Shown piece after piece: positions 38,901 to 49,038 of a stretch of 64,000 nucleotides of DNA. Position 1 is the first letter of the stretch. Each line of letters opens with the position of its first letter. Location of the stretch: positions 186,001-250,000 of the forward strand of contig JAPDFW010000088.1 in assembly GCA_028826165.1 (NCBI GenBank). Direction: 5' to 3'. This DNA comes from Anaeramoeba ignava BMAN (lineage: Eukaryota > Protista > Anaeramoebae). Below the pieces are notes generated by a model. It did not search any database and was not told where the DNA came from. It saw only the letters and a list, made by a program, of their open reading frames with translations. The position numbers and the translations under genes were made by a program.

Positions 38901-41412
38901 TCGGTTACGGTCGTTGTATGATTTATAGAAGATATAGTGCACAAATATCACAATATCCAAATCAATCATTCGATAAATTGGTTTCACCATCAGAACTAGA
39001 GCTACAAAGAGGAATCAAATTTAAATTACTTGATGAAGATGGAATTTGTCAACCAGGATTGAAAATATCAAATGGACAAGTAATGTTCAACAAACAAGTC
39101 CCAAAAAGTACAACAGACACTATTGTAAATGTTCAAAAAATTGAACACAAATCATCTCCAGTTATTTACAAATCAACCGAAGGAGTTATTGATAGAGTCA
39201 TCTTGACAAACAATAAATCAACACAATTATTAGTTAAATCTGTAATTAGAAGCACAAGAAGACCTGAATTGGGAGATAAATTCTGTTACGATCCAAAAAC
39301 TCAAATTCTCACAGAAAAAATAATGGTTGATTCCCTTCAAAAATTAAATTATTCCCATAAAGTCGCTACTTTGGTTGATTTTGAAAACATCTTTTTATCA
39401 ACATCTATTCGCATTTTCAAATATAATCATTTCGGATTAATGTATTTTCTTCGAAATAATGCTGTCGATCAATTGGTCACTTTGAATCATAAAATATTCG
39501 CCAAAATCCCAACAAAAACACATTTTGATTTGGAAAATATTGAAGATGTTTTCGGATTGGAAAAATGTAGAGTTTAAAAACAGCTCAAAATTTAAACTCA
39601 TCTCAAATTAACTTTTAAATTAGACGGAATCATTCAATCACAAAATTTCAAAAGTTGGATCATTTTCTTTGCTTTTTGGATTCAATCTTTTGTTTCTTCT
39701 CAAAACAAAAGGATGAAAAAATTGATAATTAATTTAAATTATTCGGAATCAATCCGCAAATTATTTTTGTCAACTTGTCAAAAACTTGATTTGAAAATCA
39801 ACAACGAATTTGGAAAAAAGGAAATTATTATTGAAAATGGAAAGTTATTCAAATATTTTAAATCATTAAGAAATGAAAAATGGAAACAATTCCCAAAAAT
39901 CCCAAATTGGATTTGGAAACTAAACACTGAATATTCTCAACTTCTTTTAAAAACAATACTTAAACTTGAAGAACATAAAACTGATGATAATTATACTAAC
40001 AAATTTAGAAAAAGCAAAGAGCATTGGAGCTTCAAAACACAGAACAAAATGTTTCTAAATTTTCTTCAGCAATTATCTCTGCATTCAGAATTATCAGCAG
40101 ATATTGAAAAAAGGAAGGAAAAAAAGGAAAAAATTTACAATATCAAAATTTTCATTGGATCAAGCATTGGATTGAAATCACTTGAAAAAACGGAGAATCA
40201 AAAAGAAAGAGAAGAGGGATTAATTGAGTATTCAGGGAAAGTTTATTCATGCGAAACAACAAGCGGGGTTATTTATGTGAGAAGAAAAGGAAAATCTTTC
40301 TGGGGAGGCAACTCAAGTCGACATGGACAGAAGGGAGTTTGCGGCTTGATTGTTGAGAAGGAAGATCTGCCTTTCTCAGAAAACTGGAGTAGTTCGGATA
40401 TGATCATGAATCCCCATGGTTTTCCTAGTCGAATGACAGTTGGGAAAATGATAGAATTGTTGGGCTCAAAATGTGCACTTTGTGATGGCAATTTGAGAGA
40501 TGGAACAGTTTTTTCAGGAAATAGAAGTCTTGATTTAATGAACGTACTCATTGAATATGGATACTCGTTTTCTGGGGGAAGGATGTTCTTTATTCAGGCG
40601 TTAATGGATTGCCTCTTTCTGCTTATATTTTCTTTTGGTCCTGTTTATTATCAAAAATTAAAGCATATGGTTATGGATAAGATATTTGCACGTTCAAAGT
40701 ATTTTTAAGAACCTTTTTCAATTGGAAAAATCCTCAAAAGAAAATCCTCTTCATTTTTGATGTGGATTATTTATTGGTTTTGATTTTTGAAATATTTATT
40801 TTTGTTATTTTTTCTTTCTTGATTTTAGTATGGGACCTCGAACAGCCTTAACTAGACAACCAACAGAGGGGAGAGCAAGAGGTGGTGGTTTGCGATTAGG
40901 TGAGATGGAGAGAGATTGTTTAGTTGGATATGGATCAAGTTTACTTTTGCAAGAACGATTAATGTATTCTTCTGATTTATTTATTGTTACTGTTTGTGGA
41001 GTAAGTAATAAATTTTTATCCGATTTTCAAATCAATAATTTTAATTTTAATTTTAATTTTAATTTTAATTTTAATTTTAATTTTAATTTTAATTTTAATT
41101 TTAATTTTTGAATTAAATTTTAATTTTAATTTTAATATTAATTTTAATTTTAATTTTAATTTTTGAATTAAATTTTAATTTTAATTTTAATTTTAATTTT
41201 AATTTTAATTTTAATTTAAGAAATGTGGATCTTTGGGTTATGATGGTTGGTGTCCATATTGTAAATCTTATGAAAATTGTACCAAACTTGAAATGCCTTA
41301 TGCTTGCAAATTATTATTTCAAGAACTTCAATCAATGAATATTGCTCCAAAATTAAAATTAACTGATTTAAATGACGTATTTGATTTAAATCAACCAAAT
41401 GAAGTTAAATAG
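33000..41412 (+). CDS. RPC2: RNA polymerase III second-largest subunit, containing two inteins
   Basis: Exons 33000-33299, 34447-34760, 35569-36299, 36374-38650, 38853-~40698, 40829-41000 and 41221-41412. VEEKWKLLP...[11 protein letters not shown] is RPC2-type. Also [83 protein letters not shown] and [16 protein letters not shown]. Confidence 0.97.
36463..37788 (+). mobile_element. Intein 1 in RPC2 (442 aa, degenerate LAGLIDADG region)
   Basis: In-frame insertion splitting QFGIL|CPSDTPEG. Starts CCSKDTSIL; block B TEDHPFLT; ends [22 protein letters not shown] followed by Cys+1. Endonuclease remnants [27 protein letters not shown] and KIGFRYC. Confidence 0.96.
39284..40312 (+). mobile_element. 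Intein 2 in RPC2 (~343 aa, ends Gly-Asn, Ser+1; internal indels in this assembly)
   Basis: Insertion splitting ELGDKF|SSRHGQKG. Starts [10 protein letters not shown]; block B VTLNHKIF; ends [28 protein letters not shown]. The length of 1029 nt keeps the frame overall, but there is a stop at 39575 among compensating indels. Confidence 0.93.
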
Positions 41413-42103
41413 AAAACAATTTCAAAATCAATTTAGAAAACAAATTCAAAATCAATTTAGAAAACAATTTCAAAATCAATTTAGAAAACAAATTCAAAAT
41501 CAATTTAGAAAACAAATTCAAAATCAATTTAGAAAACAAATTCAATTTCAATTTAGAAAACAAAATCAATTTAGAAAACAATTTCAAATTCAATTTAGAA
41601 AACAAAATCAATTTCAATTTAGAAAACAAAATCAATTTCAATTTAGAAAACAAAATCAATTTAGAAAACAAAATCAATTTCAATTTAGAAAACAAATTCA
41701 ATTTCAATTTAGAAAACAATTTCAAAATCAATTCCAAAATCAAAATCAAATTCAATTTCAATTTAGAAAACAAATTCAAAATCAATTTAGAAAACAAATT
41801 CAAAATCAATTTAGAAAACAAAATCAATTTCAATTTAGAAAACAATTTCAAAATCAATTTAGAAAACAATTTCTAAATCAATTTAGAAAACAATTTCAAA
41901 ATCAATTTAGAAAACAAATTCAGTTTCAATTTAGAAAACAATTTCAATTTCAATTTAGAAAACAAAATCAATTTCAATTTAGAAAACAAATTCAAATTCA
42001 ATTTAGAAAACAAATTCAATTTCAATTTAGAAATCAATTCCAAAATCAAAATCAAAATCAAATTCAATTTAGAAAATAAATTCAATTTCAATTTAGAAAA
42101 CAA
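41413..42103. repeat. Intergenic 18-24-nt tandem repeat (CAATTTAGAAAACAAATTCAAAAT)
   Basis: Visible array starting at the RPC2 stop codon. Confidence 0.9.
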
Positions 42104-42163
42104 TAAAAAAACATTTTTTCATTTTTCATTTTTTCATTTTTTTCATTTTATTTAAATTTTTTA

Positions 42164-44808
42164 ATGACAAATATTCACGAAGCTGTCCAAAATTCTGATT
42201 CTAAATTAGTTCTTCAATTACTTGATAAAGGAGAAGATATTAATAAAAAAACTGAAGTAAAAAAAAAAAAAAAAAACTTATTTTTATCAAAATTTTGTTT
42301 TCTTAAATTAAATTTTTTAAAAAATAAATTTATTTAGAATGTAAAATAAAAAATTTAAATAAAATTCCCAAAAAAAAATTTCATTAAAAATTCTAAATAA
42401 AATTTTACTTCAAAAAGCGAGTAATTTTTAAATAAAATTTTATTTTCATTAATAAATTTTATTTAAAAAAAAATTCATTTCAAAATAATTTGATGTTTCT
42501 ATTTTATTTTATAAAGCAACTTACACCTTTACATCTTGCCTGTTCATTAGGAAATACTAAAATGGCAAAATTATTAATTGAACATGGAGCTGAAGTTAAT
42601 TCAAAAAATGTAAAAAATCAAAATGAATCAAAATCATTTAAAACAAAAATTTCTTTTTAAATTATTTTCCATTTTAGAAAGTAAAAAAATAATAAAATTT
42701 AATTTGATTTTATTTGATTTTTATTTAATTTAATTCAATTTAATTCAATTCAAAAAGCATGTAAATTTTTTAATCATTTTTCCAAATAAATTTTTCAACT
42801 GTAAATATTAATAAATAATAACTTACAGAATAGAACACCGTTACATTATGCTTGTCAAGCAAATGCTGTTGCATCACTTATTCAATTATTACTTGATTCA
42901 GGAGCTGATATTAATTCCCGAGATGTTAATATTCAAATATAAAAAAAATTTGGCAATTAAAAATATTGAAAAGAAAGAAAAATATTTTTTTTTTTAGAAT
43001 GTAAACTTTAATCTTTCATTTTTAAAAGATAGAAATTAAATTCAAAATGATAATTTCAATCCAAATATTTAGAAAGTAAAACAATTTTTTCTTGATTTGG
43101 AAATTATTTGATATTTAATCCAAAAAAAAATATCAAATAATTTTTTTTATTAGGATGATACTCCTCTTCATTTTGCTTGTTTTAATAAATTAAATGAAGA
43201 AAGTATGAAGGCTTTATTGAGTTGCAAACCTTCTCTTAATATTACAAATGTAGAAACATTTTAAAAAAAAAAAAAGAAAAATTTGAAATTTTAATAAAAT
43301 TTAAAAATTAACAAAAAAAAATTCAAAGAAAGTAAAATTAAAAATAAATTCAATTTGTAAAACAGATGTTAAAAATAATTTACTGGTAATGAAATAGAAA
43401 GTAAAATATAAATTTAATTTTAAAAATCAATCATTTTCATCATATATTCATTTTGGAAACAAAAATATATTTTTGATAAATATAATAGAATTATACTCCT
43501 TTAGATTGTGCAATTAAAAAAATAGCGCAAAAAGAAGTAATAGAAATGCTAAAATTGGCTGGAGCAAAAACAAAAGTAAAATGAATATTTTTATTTTTAT
43601 TTTTATTTTTAAGTTTAAGTTTAAATTTAAATTTAAATTTTTAGAATGTAGCAAATTCCGATTTCCAAAGTTTATTTAATGAAATTACGCAAGCAATGAA
43701 AAAGAAGCAATTATTAGTAACTTATATTGATACAATTAATGTATTGATTGATATTCCAAAAAAAAATTAGAATAATTGAAACAATTTATAGACATTTTGA
43801 AAAATTTTCAATTTTGAATTTTGAAAAAAAAAACAATTTAAAAAATCAAGAATTTCAAAGAGCAAATTGTGGATTCTCTTGTTGAAAATGAAGGATTTAC
43901 AAATAATTTGGTTCATCATTCACTGTTAAGGAAATCATATGAGGATTGCCAAGCAATTTGTCATTGGTTTTATGATTGGTATCAAAGTGGAACATCAAAA
44001 TTACAAATATTTACAATTAAATACTTCCCGATTTTAGTGTGGAAATTCTTATATTTTTATACGCATTCATCAATCCCACAAGCAAAGCAAAAACAACAAA
44101 TTACTGAAGGAGATCTTCAGAAATTAGCATCAATACAAGCGTTTCTTTTGTCAGTTTTTTATTCCGAAATTGAATCAAAGGAAAAAAGAGTTTTTCATCC
44201 AGTTTCTCTTGAAATTCCTTCTGTTTTCCATAAGCCTTTTGCTCAAAAAGTACAAAAATTAACTGAATCAAGTTTGCAAAAGCATGATTTCCAAGAGCAA
44301 CAAAGAAAATTAGTTTATATTGAAAATATTCCAATGATAAAAAGTTTTTCCACTTTGAATTCTGCACTTTTGCAAAAAGTTTTACTTTCAAAAATTTAAT
44401 CAATATCATTCCGAAATGCCAATTAATTCTCTCCAAAATTATTGCGCAATTTGTGCAAGAATTGCAACAATTGGTTCGGAAAAAGCATTTGATATTGATC
44501 AAGAAACTGTCACAAAGCAAATCCATCAAATTTCACAAGAAAAATGGGTTGAATATATGCTTTATTATCCAGAATATCATGAAAAAGAAAAAAAGATTAA
44601 AATTGAAAATGAAATTAAATTCTATCTTTCAAATGAATTGTTTCAAGAAATGTTATCAGGAATTATGCTTTGTTTTAGTCGTTCTCAAGATTTAATTAAT
44701 TCAGCAAAATTATCACTTTCTTTAATACATTATCGAGCTGTTTATGATTTAATTCCTGAAGTTTTATTAACAACAAATAGCATGATGAAAATTTCTGAAA
44801 ATATTTAA
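42164..44808 (+). CDS. Ankyrin-repeat protein (5 repeats, with 3-nt micro-exons), probably fused to a hyccin/FAM126 domain
   Basis: Ankyrin exons 42164-42256, 42517-42609, 42829-42924, 43154-43249 and 43489-43575 (TPLH motifs); linker exon 43645-43740; last exon 43851-44808 with one indel near 44392. That exon has AICHWFYDWYQSG...KYFPILVW...SLEIPSVFHKP...SLQNYCAICARIATIG...IHYRAVYDLIPEVLLTTNSM, matching hyccin family motifs. Confidence 0.8.
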
Positions 44809-44910
44809 TCAAAATTTTAAATCAAAATTCAATTCAAAATTTAATTCAAAAATTCAATTCAAAATTTAATAAAAAAATATTTTTTCATTTTTTCATTTTT
44901 TCATTTTAAA

Positions 44911-46793
44911 ATGTCATTGCAAAATGCTTTAAAATCAGTTCAACTCAAAAAACAAACTCAACAAAATTCAACAGAAAATAATTTAAATGGATTTTTTACA
45001 GAACAAGAATTAAGAGATGGACAAAAACAAGTTTTAGAAGTTAATATTGAAAATTGGATTGAATTATTAGAAAGCAAAAATTTAACTTTTCCAACTAAAT
45101 TTGTTTCCATTTCAATTCAAGAAGCAAAATCATTAAAAGAATGTTGTGAACAACAAAAAAAATATGGAAAAATTGAAGAAAATAAATTAAGTGAATTGAA
45201 TGATTTGAAAAAAAAACTTAATCAAGAAATCAAAGATTTGCTTTCGAATTCCAAATTTAATCAAGATGGTATTTTTATGAAAATGTCTTCAAGAAGTGCT
45301 AAAGATGCTATTGAATTTCATCCTAATTTTCCAATATTTTACAAAAATCAACTTCTTGATTTGAAAAAACCTTTTAAAGATATTTCAGAAAATGAAAAGC
45401 TATTTGCTTTAATTGAAGCTAGTAAAAATTGTTTGAAAGTTAAAAATGCTGATGATATTATTTTCTTAGTTACTCATAGTGATAGAATTTGGATGGATAT
45501 GAGTATTGCATTAGAAAATATTGATATTTTTAACGAAAGTTTTGTTTTGAGAACTTGGTTTGATATTGATGCTGATCTTGAGGTTGATTTATTTCAAAAA
45601 TATTTCAAAAATATTTCAAAAATATTTTAATAATATTTCAATAATATTTCAATAATATTTTAATAATATTTATTTCAATATTTATTTTCAATATTTATTT
45701 TAATAATATTTATTTCAATACTTATTTCAATAATATTTATTTTAATAATATTTATTTCATTATTATTTATTTCAATAATATTTCAATAATATTTATTTTA
45801 ATAATATTTATTTTAATAATATTTATTTCAAAAATATTTATTTCATTATTTATTTCAATAAAATTTATTTCAATAATATTTCAAAAATATTTCAAAAATA
45901 TTTCAAAAATATTTCAATAATATTTCAATAATATTTCAATAATATTTATTTCAATATTTATTTTAATAATATTTATTTTAATAATATTTATTTCAATACT
46001 TATTTCAATAATATTTATTTTTAATAATATTTCAAAAATATTTCAAAAATATTTCAATAATATTTATTTCAATATTTATTTTCAATATTTATTTCTCATT
46101 ATTATTTTAATAATATTTCAATAATATTTATTTCAATATTTATTTTAATAATATTTCTTTCAATAATATTTATTTTAATAATATTTATTTCATTATTATT
46201 TATTTCAATAATATTTCAAAAATATTTATTTCAATAATATTTATTTCAATAATATTTCAATAATATTTTAATAATATTTCAATAATATTTTAATAATATT
46301 TCAATAATATTTTAATAATATTTCAATAATATTTATTTTAATATTTATTTCAATAATATCTATTTTAATAATATTTATTTTATTATTTTAATATTATTTA
46401 AAAATAGTTTAGAGGTTATGTTTTTAATAATAATCTTAATGCTCTTTCTCAATATTTTCAATACTTCTCTTCTCCAAGACTTGTTGAACAAAAAGAAGAA
46501 ATCCAAAAAATTATTTTAAATTTTTTCGAAAATGAAGTCAAACCTTGTTTATCAACAAAATTTACCAATTATGTTATTGATTTTTGTATTGCAAAAGAAC
46601 CAAAAATCAACCTTTTGTTATTGAATTAAATGCATTCCATTTTTCTGATACTTGTTTATTTAATTGGGCAAAAGATCAAGAACTTTTTAAAAATGGACCT
46701 TTTGAATTTAGAATAACAGAAAAACCAAGATCTGAGCAAAAAGCTGAATTAGAAAAATCTTGGAAAGAAATTAATTGAAACAGTTAAAATTTA
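44911..46793 (+). CDS. CDC123-like / R2K-clade ATP-grasp protein
   Basis: Exons 44911-45582 and 46408-~46793: IENWIELL...TFPTKF...FMKMSSRSAKDA...SDRIWMDM...VLRTW...EFRGYVFNNNLNALSQY...VIDF...VIELNAF...CLFNW. One indel near 46585. Confidence 0.8.
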
Positions 46794-46899
46794 AAAACAA
46801 AAATAAGAATAATTTTTGCTTTTTACAAAAACAAAATAATAATTTTTGCCAGTTCAAATTTTTATTTTTAAAATTTAATTTTTATTTTTAATCTGATTG

Positions 46900-48413
46900 A
46901 GAAGAATCTGAATGCCATTCATTTGATTCATATTTATGTTCGTGATTTTGGACAATTATCTTTTAAAGTTTAGATAATTTTTAAATGGGACAAGTATTTT
47001 GCAAAACTCCATTATTTTTGAACAAGTTGTTTGTTTTTAAATGACATTATTTGCAAATGAAAAACAAGCTATTTTTTATTTCAAATATTTTTTTGAAATT
47101 ATAAATATTTTGGAATTAATTTATATTTTGGAAATTATAAATATTTTACGATTAGAAATCTTTTTTATTCGAGTATCTCGATAAAATGATCTAAATTCAA
47201 CTTTGTCTAATGTTAAATTATTTGAATATGGTTGAAAATTTTGTTGTGCTTTTTCAATATCTTTTCTAATTGGATTTGGATGACGAAATGGACAATTATC
47301 ATTCTTACAATTAGATAAATTGAAGCAAATACATTCATTAACTGGATGAAGATTTGGATTTTGTGCTCTATTTTCCCAATGTTCATAATTATAACACCAA
47401 TTCATTTTTGGATTATAAAAAAATTTGCATCCATTTGGATTATAATTTTGAAATTGATTTGTTGATCCAAATTTTCTTTGATGTTCTTCTGTTGATTCTT
47501 TTGTTTTCTTTAAAATATCTTCATATTCTTTTTCTGTTAATTTTTTTGATTTTTTTATCAATTTTGGAATATTTTCTTTTCCAACTATTGATTCAATATT
47601 AATTAATTTTTGATCACATTGGCATTTATATTCAGTTCCATATTTTTTTAATAAATCAATAACACAATTAAAACAATAAAATTTTCCACAATTATCACAA
47701 ATTATTAAATATTGTGGTTCTAGTCTTTTATGACAATATTTGCATTCATAAAATGGATTTCTTCTAACAAAAAGCTATTTTTGGATTTTGATTTTGATTT
47801 TGATTTTAATTTTGATTTTGATTTTAATTTTAAATTTGAATTTGATTTTGATTTTTAATTTGATTTTAATTTTGATTTTAATTTTAATTTTAATTTTGAT
47901 TTTAATAATTTTAATTTTAAATTTTGATTTTTAATTTTAATTTTGATTTTGATTTTGATTTTGATTTTGATTTTGATTTTGATTTTGATTTTGATTTTGA
48001 TTTTGATTTTGATTTTAATTTTAATTTTGATTTTGATTTTAAATTTAATTTTAATTTTAATTTTGATTTTGATTTTGATTTTAATTTTGATTTTGATTTT
48101 GATTTTGATTTTAATTTTGATTTTGATTTTGATTTTGAATTAATTTTTTACATCAATAGAATCATCACTTTCAAATGATTTTTTAATTTTAGAAAATTTA
48201 ACCCATCCCCAAATTTTTGGACTTTTATCATAACTAAGAATTCCATATTTTTCAATTTTCCCAAATTTTTTAAGCATTTCAATTATATTTTGATTTGACT
48301 AAAATAAAAATAATAAATTTAAATTTAATAATTTAATTTATAATAAATTTAATAATAAATTTTACTTTTTTAATTTCAAAAACATAATAATTCCTTTGCT
48401 TTTGTGCTTCCAT
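46900..48413 (-). CDS. Putative RRM-like, RING-type and CCCH zinc-finger protein
   Basis: Exons from ATG 48413 give MLKKFGKIEKYGIL...IWGWVKF (RNP1-like), then CKYCHK...ICDNCGKFYCFNCV...YKCQCD and CICFNLSNCKNDNCPFRHP. The 3' end is unclear. Confidence 0.55.
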
Positions 48414-49038
48414 TATTAATTTTTAATTGTTATTTATTGTTATTTTGTTTTTTAAAATGAAGATTAAATTAAATTGATAAAATTTGATTGATTTTTTGTT
48501 TTATAAAAATTTTAATCAAAAAAATTTAAATAAAATAAATTTAATTTAATTTAATTTAATTTTTTTAATGTTTTGTGATTCTTTTTTTATTATTAATTAA
48601 ATTAAATTATTATTAATAATAAAGAAAAAAAATGAATGAAAAAAAAAATGAAAAAAAAAATGAAAAAATTTTTTTTAATTTTTTAATTTTGAAATTTAAT
48701 TTTTTAATTTTAATTTAAATTGAAATTGATTTTAAAAAATTAAAATTAGATTATTTTAATGTCTCTTTATTTATAAATTTTATTAATTTTATTAATTTTA
48801 TTTTTTATTTAAAAAGTTCACATTTTTTATTTTTTCAAATTTTTATTTTTAATTTAAAAAAAATAAAAATTAAAAAATAAAAAATGAAAAGGAATTAATT
48901 TTTGATTTTTAATTTTAATTCTTTGATTTAAATTTAATTTAAAATTTTTGATTAAATTTTTTTTTTTATTATTATTAAAAATTAAAATTAAAAATCGGAA
49001 AAAAAAATTTAAAAAAAAAAAAAAAGGAAAAAGAAAAA

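Noticed and set aside
41399-42079. 226-aa QFRKQ-repeat ORF
   Set aside because: It is a translation of an intergenic tandem repeat overlapping the RPC2 stop codon, with no promoter motif or unique sequence.
43645-43647. A ninth AG|AAT|GT micro-exon candidate
   Set aside because: The frame stays open to a good donor at 43741 with coding-like composition, so a 96-nt exon is the simpler reading; alternative use is not excluded.
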